From Cyanobacteria bacterium P01_A01_bin.123 (GTDB taxonomy: Bacteria; Cyanobacteriota; Cyanobacteriia; Phormidesmidales; Phormidesmidaceae), in contig JBCBZT010000041.1 of NCBI GenBank assembly GCA_039815185.1, forward strand, positions 1-64,000: a stretch of DNA of 64,000 nt. Reading direction: 5' to 3'. Numbering within the stretch: position 1 is the stretch's first letter; every line of letters begins with the position of its first letter. Position numbers and translations under genes: made by a program. Below the pieces are notes generated by a model. It did not search any database. It was not told where the DNA came from and saw only the letters and a list, made by a program, of their open reading frames with translations. This document shows positions 29,368 through 39,944 of this stretch, piece by piece.

Positions 29368-30669
29368 TTAGCTCGATTGGCGCAAGGAGGTTTTCATCAT
29401 CTTTAGGGCTAAGGCTAAGTTGGCCTGAGTCCAGAGTAGAGGGACGCTGTCGTTGGGGACATAGTGCCCGTGCTCTAGGTAGTACAGTTCTGGGCAGTGA
29501 TAGGGGAGTGCTGAGCTTTGTTCTCCCGTAATTTGGCCTAGGGCGCGGTTAAGATATTGGGTTTGCTGGATCAAGTCTTCAGGGTTGCCCTGGTGCTGAA
29601 ACTTTTGGCCGAAAATGGTAGATACGATGGGGTCAAACAGGCACCACTGGGCTTCTTCGCCAGGTTTCAGCAGGCGATCGCGCTCCTGTATCGTCTCACT
29701 AAAATCTGCCGTGCGGGTTTCTGCCGCGAGTTTTTGCTTATAGTTTGCACACCAGTAAGAATCGCCTGGGTAGCGTTTAATGCCGTGGGGGCCTTTGAGT
29801 TGTGTCAGTACGTTCTGGAGGATGATATCGGCTAAAGCCCCGCTAACCACCTGGAGAGGATAAATCAAAAACAGCAGGGCACTGTCGTAGGGCCGATGAG
29901 GATGATGCGACTCGGCAGGTAAAATCTGGTGCAGTCCTGTGGTGCCGCGATTGATCAACGCTTGAATTTGATCGGTATCGAACTGTTGCGCGATCGCGGT
30001 GGTTTCCAGTGTTAAACCGGCTAACCAGGCTTGTAGCGATCGCAGTCCAGCCAGCACCGTCCCGATGCTGGAGGCTTCGACTTTGGGGGCTTCTTCCCAG
30101 TGGCCATGGTCGGCATCTCGCCAGTACTCAATGGTTTGAAAATAGGGCGGAAATAGAGACAGGGTAGACAGGGCATCCGGTTGTAGGGTGATATGTCCCA
30201 ACCGCAATAGCTCACAGTAAAACCACAAAAAATAGCCCAAGGCGTCGTTTTGGGCATGGGGCCAAGGGTCGGGTAACGGGGCTAACGTTTCACCTATGAA
30301 TTTAATCGCGGGACGTTGGTACAAGTCGGTTGGGCTAACGGCTCCCATGAGAATGGCGTTAAACCGCGATCGCTGGCGATTAAAATGAACCATCACGGTT
30401 GTCATCGCCTGCACCGCGATCTCAACCTGTCCCGTTTGATAGTGGGCGTGGGCTACATGCACGGTATCGCGCACCCAGACACAACCGTATCCGGTGTAGG
30501 CCGTTGCCTCAGTTACCGCTGCCGCTGGAAATAACCCGTTAGCCAGGCGCGGAAACGTGAGGGTGCCCCACTGGTGTAGCTGTTGTTCAAGAAGATGGAG
30601 CGTGTCTAGGGTATACCCGGTTTGGATAAAGCCTTTGAGGCGATCGCAGTGAATAACGAGTTCAGCCAT
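29368..30669 (-). CDS. GH15-like / phosphorylase kinase alpha-beta family protein
   Basis: VWVRD, HAQNDALG, DHGHWEE, GIKRYPGDSYW, PLLWTQANL. Confidence 0.8.
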   Translation of the reverse strand: MAELVIHCDRLKGFIQTGYTLDTLHLLEQQLHQWGTLTFPRLANGLFPAAAVTEATAYTGYGCVWVRDTVHVAHAHYQTGQVEIAVQAMTTVMVHFNRQRSRFNAILMGAVSPTDLYQRPAIKFIGETLAPLPDPWPHAQNDALGYFLWFYCELLRLGHITLQPDALSTLSLFPPYFQTIEYWRDADHGHWEEAPKVEASSIGTVLAGLRSLQAWLAGLTLETTAIAQQFDTDQIQALINRGTTGLHQILPAESHHPHRPYDSALLFLIYPLQVVSGALADIILQNVLTQLKGPHGIKRYPGDSYWCANYKQKLAAETRTADFSETIQERDRLLKPGEEAQWCLFDPIVSTIFGQKFQHQGNPEDLIQQTQYLNRALGQITGEQSSALPYHCPELYYLEHGHYVPNDSVPLLWTQANLALALKMMKTSLRQSS

Positions 30670-30693
30670 TTCCCCTCTCTTGAAGCGTTCCGG

Positions 30694-31218
30694 TCAAACA
30701 AATCCACACCGTTCCAAACGCAGCATCAAGGCATCCAGCAAGCCCGGATTAATATAGCCTGCCCCTCGCCCCGTCCCAAAGCCGCCCATCCACAGCGATC
30801 GATTAAATGAGAGCTGCCAATACCAGTGGGCAGGAAACTGCCCTCTAGGCGCATGGCGATCGAATGTGAGGGATCGATAAAACTTGAAGAAACCAACGAC
30901 ATCAATGTCTGAAATCACCCAACCCACCTGTTTTGCAAATTGTAGGGGCTTTTGGGCTACCTCATTTAAGTAAATCTCTTGCTGGGGGGTAAAGCCAAAA
31001 GTGTTATCGCTATAGCGCACCCAGAGTTGATCAAGGGTGGTTAATACACTGCACGGCAATTGAGCGATCGCAGTTTCTTCAAAGAACTGGCTGCTGTAGG
31101 GTTCAACGGCTTGGGCGATCAGCCCAGTGGTGACTCGATCGGCTTGCCGCCAGTCTTCAGCCTGTAGGTAGGCTTCTAAATCGGCGACTGTCCAGGGGAT
31201 AGGGGGTGACGTTACCAT
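30694..31218 (-). CDS. GUN4 domain protein
   Basis: WRQADRVT, LPC..L..LDQLW..YS...FGF..Q, APRGQFP. Confidence 0.82.
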   Translation of the reverse strand: MVTSPPIPWTVADLEAYLQAEDWRQADRVTTGLIAQAVEPYSSQFFEETAIAQLPCSVLTTLDQLWVRYSDNTFGFTPQQEIYLNEVAQKPLQFAKQVGWVISDIDVVGFFKFYRSLTFDRHAPRGQFPAHWYWQLSFNRSLWMGGFGTGRGAGYINPGLLDALMLRLERCGFV

Positions 31219-31232
31219 GGCGGCCAGTTTCC

Positions 31233-32774
31233 TTATGCGTCAATGACTGCCTGTGCCGTGATCGGGGCATACCCGTCGGCCAGGGGAAAATGCTGTGCTA
31301 AGTAGACAAAGAAGCTATCCACAAAATCGGCCCCAATGCTGTAACCGCTCTCTAGACTGGTGCAGGCCCATCGCCAGGTGGGTAAATGGCCGCGCGGAGC
31401 ATCTACACCAAAGCGCAACTCGTGGTAAGCCTTGGTAACTTTGACAAAATCGCCCCAGCCCCAGCCTTCTTGCCAACCCACAGCTTGCAAAAAGGTTGCG
31501 GGTATTTTATCGACGCCTTCATAGACGGTTTGCTGTGCCGTCAAGCCAAAGCGGTTTTGACTGTAGCGCGCCCAAAGCTGATCAATCGTTTTTAAGTCGG
31601 TTTCTGGCAGATAGAGTAGCGTGTCGCGGCTGATGGGACGCATATCTTCACTGGCAATCTGCAAAATCATCCGTTCGGTTTCTTGATCGGCCTCTTGCCA
31701 CTTGCCTTGCCACAGCAACGACCGTAGGCGAGTGTAGTCGGCCCCGCGTTCAGAGGTAATACTGCCGTAACATTCCGCTGCCACTAACCATTCAATCTCG
31801 CGGGCTTCTTCTGGTGAAAGATGCCAATCTCGCCGCGCTTGCTCTAGGCGTCCTTGGTTAAAGTCGCTGATATCCAGGGAATTTTGAAGAATTTGTAAAC
31901 AAACCCCCTGGTAATTTTTGAGATTGGCCAGATGCTGCTGGGCTTCAGTCTCCTCAGTCGATTCCATCTGCACGGAGGCCGATTGCAACGTGGTGGTTTG
32001 ATCTTGTAGGCGGGTCACCTCGGCTTGGAGCTGGGTCACCTTAGCCTCAGCTTCATGGACGGTTAAGAGATATTGGGTCTCGATCGGTTCAATGTCGGCG
32101 TGGGTCAAGTTTAAACTTTCATAAAATCGCTTGAGTTCTGCTTGGGCTTCCTCTGTTAACGGGTAGTGATAAGCCACTTGATCGGCTAAAACCTCACGAT
32201 AGCGCTGGAGTTTTTCTTCGCGGTTGTGATATGGACCAAGGGCTTTGGCAATCATCTCCACCGCCGCGTTGGGTTCAATGTCTAACTGATGCTGCAACAA
32301 ATCGAGGTTAGCCTGAGCGACGGGCGAAATTTCGCCCTCACGGGCATAGTATTCGGCCCAGCCCTGGTATATCAGTGTCGGTGCTATAAGTTTTTCTACC
32401 AGGGGAATGTGGCGGGCAATCACGTCAGCATCGCAGCTATTGACTTGCATGACGCTTTCTCCGTGCTTAACCTGCAGTCGGGTTTGTAGGGGAGCGACCT
32501 TGAGGCGATCGCACAATTGTCCTAACACGGGCCGAATATGGCTGGCGTCCAAGGCGGGGGCATGAATGCCTTGACGGTAGGCGTGTCCTTCTGGGCTGCT
32601 TTGCTTGATGTAGCTCAAGCGGCCCATGCCTTTGAGCGCAAGCAGGCGTTGCGACAAAATTTCAACCTGCTCGGTAATATCAGCAGGATTGAGGTCAGCG
32701 TCGATAAATTGGATGGTGAGGTTGAGGGTGTTTGCCATCCGTTGGAGATCAGGAGCCATTGATATGCAGGCCAA
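31233..32774 (-). CDS. Multidomain protein: EACC1-like N-terminus, helical repeats, C-terminal GUN4 domain
   Basis: SERGADYTRLRSLL..GKWQEADQET, IDQLW..YS..RFG, APRGHLP; start may be slightly downstream. Confidence 0.78.
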   Translation of the reverse strand: MACISMAPDLQRMANTLNLTIQFIDADLNPADITEQVEILSQRLLALKGMGRLSYIKQSSPEGHAYRQGIHAPALDASHIRPVLGQLCDRLKVAPLQTRLQVKHGESVMQVNSCDADVIARHIPLVEKLIAPTLIYQGWAEYYAREGEISPVAQANLDLLQHQLDIEPNAAVEMIAKALGPYHNREEKLQRYREVLADQVAYHYPLTEEAQAELKRFYESLNLTHADIEPIETQYLLTVHEAEAKVTQLQAEVTRLQDQTTTLQSASVQMESTEETEAQQHLANLKNYQGVCLQILQNSLDISDFNQGRLEQARRDWHLSPEEAREIEWLVAAECYGSITSERGADYTRLRSLLWQGKWQEADQETERMILQIASEDMRPISRDTLLYLPETDLKTIDQLWARYSQNRFGLTAQQTVYEGVDKIPATFLQAVGWQEGWGWGDFVKVTKAYHELRFGVDAPRGHLPTWRWACTSLESGYSIGADFVDSFFVYLAQHFPLADGYAPITAQAVIDA

Positions 32775-32857
32775 AGCTGGCTATAGCGCGGATAATGCCC
32801 ACTGTTATACCAGCTATTGGCGATCGCGAACCAACGGGTTTCAGACTGTTTTTCGAG

Positions 32858-34684
32858 TTACCCCTTAATTCGAAATTCGTACTGTTGGCTGTCCATTGGC
32901 CGACCTAAAAAATAACCCTGGGCAAAATCACAGCCTAAAGCTTTGAGTTCGACTAATCCAGCTTCGGTCTCAACCCCTTCTGCGGTGACGGTCATGTCTA
33001 AGCTATGGGCCAGGTTAATGATGGCGCTGACAATTTTGGGGTTGAGGGTGCCTGTCGCTGGGGTGATAAAGGTGCGATCAATTTTCAAGTTTTGTACATT
33101 GAGCAGTTGCAGATAACTCAACGACGAATAGCCCGTGCCAAAGTCGTCAATGCTGACATGGATTTGACGCTGCTTGAGATGGTCTAGCACGTTTAAGACG
33201 AACTGATCTTTTTGCATCAAGCCCTCTTCTGTAATTTCTAGGGCTAAGTTACAACAGTCAGCTTGGGTCTCGCTCAAGATCCGGTCGAGGTGGTCAATGA
33301 AATCGGCTTGGGAAAGCTGTTGCGCAGACAGATTGACGTGTAGCCGAAACGTTTGGTCAATCAATTGACTGGTTTGCCACTGTCTGAGTTGGGTACAGGC
33401 TTGACGCAGCACATAGCGATCGAGGATAACAATTAGCCCGGTTTCTTCAGCAATGGAGATAAACTCCTCTGGCGGGATCACGCCGCGTTGGGGGTGGTGC
33501 CAACGCACTAAAGCTTCCATCGCTTCGATCGTATCTGTCGCTAGGGATTGGAGCGGTTGATAGACCAGACGTAGGTTTTGATTGGCGATCGCGATGTTGA
33601 GTTCATTTTGAATCGCAAAAAAATGCAGGGTGCGGTGGTGCATCGCTGGGTCAAACACCTGAATTTTGCCAGACCCTTTGATCTTGGCTTGCGACAGGGC
33701 CGTAGTGGCATCGCGCAAGAGATATTTGGGGTGCTCATAGGCAGCAGAATTTTGCACCAGACTGATACAAAGGGTGATGTAGATGGGCTGTTCTTCAATT
33801 TCAAAGGGTAAGCGCGTTTCACTTTGAATCGTTTTGGCCAGAGCTAGCGCTGTGGAGAAATCGGTACAGTTTTCTAGCAAGATGGCAAAGGTGTCATTGC
33901 CAAAATGGGCGAGTAAAACTTCCTTGCCTAAGCAGGTTTGCAAGCGACGCATGATAGAGACGATTAGCTGATCGCCAGCGGAATGACCCAGGGAATTATT
34001 GACGAGTCGGAGGTGTTCACACTCAATCATCATGAGGACCAATTTGCTTTTAGATTGGTGCAGCGTCTGGCTGAAAATTTGTCCCAGACGCTGCATCAAG
34101 AAAGCGCGATTGGGTAAATCCGTCAACCGATTGTGCGTGGCAACGTGTAGCAGTTGCTCTTGGGCTTTGAGGCGATCGCCAATTTCTCGCTCTAGCTGCA
34201 TTGTTCGTTGGATCACCCGTTGCTCTAGCTCGGCATTCAGTTGCTGTACCTGGGCCTTGGCTAACCGTAGATTCAGGTGGTTGGTGACCCGCGCAGTCAG
34301 TTCTTTCGCTTGAAAGGGTTTGGGAATATAGTCGATTCCCCCGACGGAAAATGCAGTCACCTTATCTTGAGTTTGGTCTAATGCACTCAGAAAAATAACC
34401 GGAATCTCCTGGGTTAAGGGATCGCTCTTAAGCCGTTGGCAAACCTGATAGCCATCCATATCAGGCATTTTGATATCGAGCAAGATCAAATCTGGCTGAG
34501 CAGCTTTAGCGACTTTGAGCGCAGTTGGACCATTCAGCACACTGCGTACCTTATGGCCCTGTCGGGTCAAAATTTTGGAAAGATATTCGAGGTTTTCAGG
34601 GATGTCATCAACAATCAAGATATCCCCTTGAATAGTCGTGGCCTGAGACGGGTCAACTCGGGAACTCATGGCAGCAGTAGCCAA
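32858..34684 (-). CDS. REC-GGDEF(degenerate)-EAL protein, probable c-di-GMP phosphodiesterase
   Basis: ILIVDD, LLDIKMP; FGNDTF replaces GGDEF; EALVRW, DDFGTGYSS, AEGVE intact. Confidence 0.9.
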   Translation of the reverse strand: MATAAMSSRVDPSQATTIQGDILIVDDIPENLEYLSKILTRQGHKVRSVLNGPTALKVAKAAQPDLILLDIKMPDMDGYQVCQRLKSDPLTQEIPVIFLSALDQTQDKVTAFSVGGIDYIPKPFQAKELTARVTNHLNLRLAKAQVQQLNAELEQRVIQRTMQLEREIGDRLKAQEQLLHVATHNRLTDLPNRAFLMQRLGQIFSQTLHQSKSKLVLMMIECEHLRLVNNSLGHSAGDQLIVSIMRRLQTCLGKEVLLAHFGNDTFAILLENCTDFSTALALAKTIQSETRLPFEIEEQPIYITLCISLVQNSAAYEHPKYLLRDATTALSQAKIKGSGKIQVFDPAMHHRTLHFFAIQNELNIAIANQNLRLVYQPLQSLATDTIEAMEALVRWHHPQRGVIPPEEFISIAEETGLIVILDRYVLRQACTQLRQWQTSQLIDQTFRLHVNLSAQQLSQADFIDHLDRILSETQADCCNLALEITEEGLMQKDQFVLNVLDHLKQRQIHVSIDDFGTGYSSLSYLQLLNVQNLKIDRTFITPATGTLNPKIVSAIINLAHSLDMTVTAEGVETEAGLVELKALGCDFAQGYFLGRPMDSQQYEFRIKG

Positions 34685-34893
34685 TAGGGCTCAGTGGTGG
34701 ATGAGGGCAAATGATGAAAAGGAACATCCTGGTAACATCACTGCGTTTGCGGAACTCAATAGGGAATCACTCAACCAAATAGCATCTCGCTTTGATGCCC
34801 AAAACCCATAGCTGGGATAGCCGTGTCTGGTTTAGTTTGAACCAAAACTCTGCCAAACACAAACTGCCCTAGTATTCCTAATTTTAATAGGTT

Positions 34894-37800
34894 CTAAAGA
34901 TCAGGCGCAGCTGTGTTGGGGTGCTCGGCGATCGCCGTGGCGGCTAATGCTTCAATGCGATCGCAACGGAAGGTCTTGACCAACGCTAACAGCGCTGTCG
35001 TAATCTCAGGATCAGCTTCGTCTAACGCTGCGACCAGTTGACTCACCCAGTCAGCATCAGCCAGAGACGCTGCTTCATGGAGTTGAGTCAGCCAGGGCAA
35101 GGGCAGGGAAACCAGTCGCTGCGCCGTCAGGCGATCGATGGGTTGGCGCGGTGACATCGACGGGACTGGATCGTCATACACATACTCCACGCCCAAATGT
35201 TCTTGCAGCTTGTCAAAAATCACCGTATCTCGAAAGGGCTTATGGACAAAGTCGTTGCACCCGGCTGATAAAATCACATTTCTTTCCTGTTCTAGGGCGC
35301 TGGCAGTGAGGGCAATAATGGCTGGGGCTTGGCCTTTAACATGCCCCCTAATCCGTTGGGTAGCCTCATAGCCGTCCATCACGGGCATGCGCATATCCAT
35401 CCAAATCAGATGGGGTTGCCAGTGCTCCCAGAGTTGAACCGCTTCTTGACCATTTTTTGCTTCGCGCACCTCAAACCCAAGGGGTTCTAGGAGCTTAACC
35501 AACAGGGTACGACTTTCCCATTTATCTTCGACCACGAGGATGCGATAGGCCGGTTGATTGGGGGCTAACTTGCGAACAGTCGGGGCTAGCCGATTCTCAA
35601 CAGCGCCATCTGGCTCAGCTGAGATAGCTGGCAGACTAAAGTAAAACGTACTGCCTTGGCCGAAGTGACTCGTGACCTGTAACTCTCCCCCCATTAACCG
35701 CACATAGGTTTGGCTGATGGTTAAGCCCAATCCCGTACCCGATTGTGACTGTCGCCCCAGCTCAGTTTGATAAAAGGGTTTGAAAAGTTTTTTAAGGCGA
35801 TTCGCTGGGATACCGGGGCCAGTATCAGACACTGTGAAAGACAGTTTTGGGCTTTGGATGTCGGCTGCCAATTGCTGATGCCCCTCTCCGCTCTCCGCGT
35901 TGCTCTCCCCATCCATTTTGACGCCCTTTACCCGTAAAGCAATCTCCCCTACCTGGGTAAATTTGACGGCGTTGCCCAGTAGATTAATCAGCACTTGGCG
36001 CAACTTTGAGGGATCCGTTTTGATATATTGAGGGACACCTGCTTCCCACTCAACGATTAGGGCAATGTCCTTAGCATTAGCTTTGAGGTGGAACATGTCA
36101 TTTAAAGCTTCGAGCAGGGCGTGGAGATCAAAGGGTTGCGGATTGAGCGCCATGTACCCAGCCTCGATCTTGGCCATGTCTAAGATGTCGTTAATCAGTG
36201 CCAGTAAGTGATCGCCGCTGGTTTGAATGACGCCTAAATTGGCGGCGGCATCTTGCTGAAATCTTAAGGAATCTTGATGTAAGTCTCGCTGCATGACTTG
36301 GGCAAAGCCCAAAATGGCGTTGAGCGGGGTGCGTAGTTCGTGACTCATACTTGCCAAAAACTTGCTTTTGACCTGATTGGCCTTCTCCGCAGCTTGTTTA
36401 GCGGCATCTAGATCAGCGTTTTTGCGAGCAAGTTCCTGTTTTTGGGCGAGTTCTTGTTCGAGTAGGTGCGCTTGGGCGATCGCAATTCCAACCTGAGCTG
36501 CCACCGACTCCAGCAGTTCGATCTCGTCCGGGCTCCAGTGACGCTGGCGATCGCATTGATGCAGAGTAATCGTCCCATTGGGGTCACCCCGATAGGAGGT
36601 GCGTACCGCCGCCATCGACCGAATTTGGAGCTGTTCGCACACAGACAGGATAGGGGCTAACTGGGAATCTTGATAAACATCGGAGCAGACGACAGCCCGA
36701 TCAGTCGCTAACACAGTCTGAGCATGGGGGTTTGCTGCTAGGGGGACTGAAATATTCAAGACAGAAGCATAGCTAGAGACACAGTACTCGCTGGCAGGCA
36801 GCAGTTGGGGGGGTGGGCCTGCCTCAAACACGTGTAGTGCAGAACGACTCACCTGCAAAGCTTGGCCCAATAAATCTGCGGTGGTCTGGTAAATCTCTTG
36901 ACTGTCAAGGCTCTGGCGAATTTGGTTGGTAATACTCGTGAGCAACTGCTCTCGGCGAAATTGTTGGTCTAAGACTGCTTCCGCCTGCTTCCGCTCGCTA
37001 ATATCGAGCAACACACCAAATAAGCAGCGGACTTGATTCTGATCGTCTAAAACGATTTCTCCCCGAGATTCAGCGTGGCGAATTTCTCCGCTGGGACGAA
37101 CGAGGCGAAATTCATGGTGGTGAGGCACCCGATGCGCTAAAGATTGATTGACGACATGATCCCAAAGGCGACGGTCATCGGCATGAACCATGGCCATCAA
37201 CCTTTCGTAGGAAGGGGCGGCTTGATTGGGATCGAGCCCAAAGATCCGGAAGGTTTCTGCTGACCAGGTGATTTGTCGAGTCAACACATTGAATTCCCAA
37301 CTGCCAACATGGGCAACGCGTTGGGCAGCCGCCAGGCTCGCTTCACTCTGACGCAGTTTTTCTGCGGCTTGTTTGCGTTCAGTGATGTCTAACCCAGTGC
37401 CAAAGACGCAGATGACCTTGCCTTGCTCATCCCGCAGGCCTTCTCCTCGACCTTCGATATAGCGCATTTCTCCATTGGGTAGCGCTATCCGGAGATCAGC
37501 TTCGTAGGGGGTTCCAGTGGCGATCAGACGCCGAAATAACTTTCTCCATCGTTGATGATCTTCAGGGTGCAGTCGTCGGAATGCCTGGGCATAGCTTGGG
37601 GGAGGATCGTCGAGATCAAACCCAAACATGTGGAGCAGTTCCGCCGACCAAGTCGTCTTTTTTGTCTTGAGGTCGATTGACCAGTTACCGACATGGGCAA
37701 TTCGTTGGGCCGTGGCAAGGCTGGCTCTATTTTGATGCAGTTTTTCCTCAACTCGTTTGCGATCGCTAATATCGGTGTGGGATCCGACAATCCGAACCGG

Positions 37801-39840
37801 GTTGCCCGCGGCGTCCCAAAGTGCTTGTCCCCGATCAAGAATCCATTTGTAGTGACCGTCTTTACAGCGGAGGCGGTATTCGTGACTGAGGTATGGGGTT
37901 TCTTGACGGAGATGGGCTTGAGTCGCCTGCAAAACGCGTTCCAGATCCTCAGGATGAACTCGACTTTGCCATTCATCTCTGAGATTAGCCATTTCATCCT
38001 CGCCATAGCCCAGGATGGCTTTTAATCGAGTGGAGTAAAAGATTTCATTCGTGGCAATATTCCAGTCCCAAATCCCATCGTTATTGCCTTTAAGGGCGAG
38101 TTGCCAGCGTTCTTCACTTTGGCGGAGCTGTTCTTCGGTATGCTTGCGATCGCTGATGTCATTGTTAATTGCGAAAATGCAGGTCTGTCCTTGAATTTGC
38201 AGGACTTCAGCCGAAATCAAGACCGTTTTAATCTCCCCTGAAGCGGTACTCAACTGCCATTCGTGGTTGCGGATCGGCCCAATTTTAAGCTGTTGGAGAT
38301 AATCAGCTCGGGTTGTCGGCCCAGTCCAGAGTCCCAGTTCAGTGCTGGTGCGACCAATAATTTGAGCTTTGGGTCGACCAAATAGCTCTGCGCAGCGATC
38401 GTTGATATTGAGGTATCGCCCCTCTGCGAAGGTGCTAATGGCAACTGCGTTGGGACTGGCTTCGAAGGCTTTGGTAAATTTTTCTTCGGACTGGCGTAAT
38501 TCTTGGGTCCGCTGGTCAACGAGTACTTCAAGCTGCTGGGAATAGGTTTCGAGCTGCGATCGCGATCGGTCCAAATCTGCACCCGTTCGGTTAAAGCTTT
38601 GAACCAGCAGATTAACTTCTCGGATCCAGGATGGCGCAATGGGGACGTGGGTCTCGCGTTGGGCAATGGCCTGACTGGCTTGCCCCAACCGACTTAAAGG
38701 ATGGCTCACCCAATGGGCGGTCAAAATTCCCAGGCCAACCGCAGTGCCTAGGGATAGCAAACATAGCAACAGCGTGTTGCGGTTGTTGGTTTCGATTTGA
38801 GCCGTAAAATCTGACTCAGGAATTACGACCACGAGCAACCAGTCCAAACCATAGGGGTCGGCATAGGGGGTAATTTGGACAAGCCGATGGTCACGATTGT
38901 GCTCAAAGTGCAGTTGATGCACCTGATCAATGGCAGCAAAGCTGCCAAAAGTTGTTTTGATGTCGTTTGCTGTTTCTCGAATTAGGCTTTGATGAATAGA
39001 TAGGACATTTTTTTGCTGATTGCCGATGCCGACAGCGGACTCGCTAAACGAACTGGCAATTAAGTCACCATCGCGTTCGATGATAAAGGCTTTGCCTGTT
39101 TTGCCAATGCTTAACGTGTCCAAATATCCAGAGATGTCCTGCAGTGTAAAGTCTGCCCCCACAACCCCTTGCAGGTTACCCATGGTGTCGTAGTAGGGCT
39201 GCACAAAGCTGAGTCCCAGAGTGGGATAGACGACCGTGAATTCATAAATTTCTGTCCAGACGGGTTTTCCTGATGCAATGGCGGCTTGGTACCAGGGGCG
39301 CTGACGGGGGGCGTAGGGTCGGATCCGCAAAAATTCCCCGGGTTTGCCCTGCTGAGTTAAGCGGTAGTGAACCGTGTCACTGGTATCATCTGCTCGAAAG
39401 GCTATTTTGTAGCGATCGCCGTACTGTTTTTCGAGCTCAACATAGCGACCCTGTTCATCTCCGAAGTAGATGAAGGTAAGGGTGTCGTGGTATTGACTTT
39501 GTCGATAGAAATGTTCGCTCCAGGCTCGCAGGTTGTTGGGGTCGAGCTGCTGGAGGGCAAGGGCGTCTGCGTTGGCTTGCGTAATCCGGGGGGGGACGTC
39601 GGTGTAAGTGTTTAATTCTTGCTTGATGCGATCGCTGGTTTCCCCCAAAAGCTGGGTTGCTAGATCCTGCACCGCCCGTTGACCATTACGATGGGCTAGC
39701 CAACCCGTAGCCGCCACTGCGATCACCACTTGAACCACGAAGGGAGCGATTAACAGCAATCGCAGAGGAACGCCCCATCGAGGCGCATGTCGGCTTGGGG
39801 AAGCTGGGTCTAATAGCTTGGCTTGGGGCGCATCAGGCAT
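34894..39840 (-). CDS. Hybrid histidine kinase (dCache-HAMP-4xPAS-GAF-HisKA-HATPase-REC)
   Basis: FLASMSHELRTPLN, NLLGNAVKF, DTGPGI, GTGLGL, WMDMRMP; PAS/PAC repeats. Confidence 0.93.
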   Translation of the reverse strand: MPDAPQAKLLDPASPSRHAPRWGVPLRLLLIAPFVVQVVIAVAATGWLAHRNGQRAVQDLATQLLGETSDRIKQELNTYTDVPPRITQANADALALQQLDPNNLRAWSEHFYRQSQYHDTLTFIYFGDEQGRYVELEKQYGDRYKIAFRADDTSDTVHYRLTQQGKPGEFLRIRPYAPRQRPWYQAAIASGKPVWTEIYEFTVVYPTLGLSFVQPYYDTMGNLQGVVGADFTLQDISGYLDTLSIGKTGKAFIIERDGDLIASSFSESAVGIGNQQKNVLSIHQSLIRETANDIKTTFGSFAAIDQVHQLHFEHNRDHRLVQITPYADPYGLDWLLVVVIPESDFTAQIETNNRNTLLLCLLSLGTAVGLGILTAHWVSHPLSRLGQASQAIAQRETHVPIAPSWIREVNLLVQSFNRTGADLDRSRSQLETYSQQLEVLVDQRTQELRQSEEKFTKAFEASPNAVAISTFAEGRYLNINDRCAELFGRPKAQIIGRTSTELGLWTGPTTRADYLQQLKIGPIRNHEWQLSTASGEIKTVLISAEVLQIQGQTCIFAINNDISDRKHTEEQLRQSEERWQLALKGNNDGIWDWNIATNEIFYSTRLKAILGYGEDEMANLRDEWQSRVHPEDLERVLQATQAHLRQETPYLSHEYRLRCKDGHYKWILDRGQALWDAAGNPVRIVGSHTDISDRKRVEEKLHQNRASLATAQRIAHVGNWSIDLKTKKTTWSAELLHMFGFDLDDPPPSYAQAFRRLHPEDHQRWRKLFRRLIATGTPYEADLRIALPNGEMRYIEGRGEGLRDEQGKVICVFGTGLDITERKQAAEKLRQSEASLAAAQRVAHVGSWEFNVLTRQITWSAETFRIFGLDPNQAAPSYERLMAMVHADDRRLWDHVVNQSLAHRVPHHHEFRLVRPSGEIRHAESRGEIVLDDQNQVRCLFGVLLDISERKQAEAVLDQQFRREQLLTSITNQIRQSLDSQEIYQTTADLLGQALQVSRSALHVFEAGPPPQLLPASEYCVSSYASVLNISVPLAANPHAQTVLATDRAVVCSDVYQDSQLAPILSVCEQLQIRSMAAVRTSYRGDPNGTITLHQCDRQRHWSPDEIELLESVAAQVGIAIAQAHLLEQELAQKQELARKNADLDAAKQAAEKANQVKSKFLASMSHELRTPLNAILGFAQVMQRDLHQDSLRFQQDAAANLGVIQTSGDHLLALINDILDMAKIEAGYMALNPQPFDLHALLEALNDMFHLKANAKDIALIVEWEAGVPQYIKTDPSKLRQVLINLLGNAVKFTQVGEIALRVKGVKMDGESNAESGEGHQQLAADIQSPKLSFTVSDTGPGIPANRLKKLFKPFYQTELGRQSQSGTGLGLTISQTYVRLMGGELQVTSHFGQGSTFYFSLPAISAEPDGAVENRLAPTVRKLAPNQPAYRILVVEDKWESRTLLVKLLEPLGFEVREAKNGQEAVQLWEHWQPHLIWMDMRMPVMDGYEATQRIRGHVKGQAPAIIALTASALEQERNVILSAGCNDFVHKPFRDTVIFDKLQEHLGVEYVYDDPVPSMSPRQPIDRLTAQRLVSLPLPWLTQLHEAASLADADWVSQLVAALDEADPEITTALLALVKTFRCDRIEALAATAIAEHPNTAAPDL

Positions 39841-39944
39841 GACAACGGCTCAAGAAAGGCTCAAAGTCGTATCTTGTCTGAACCAACTTGGGGAACCACG
39901 CCTTTATTTTGGCACGCTTGACCCAACGCAGCGAAGCAGTGGTT

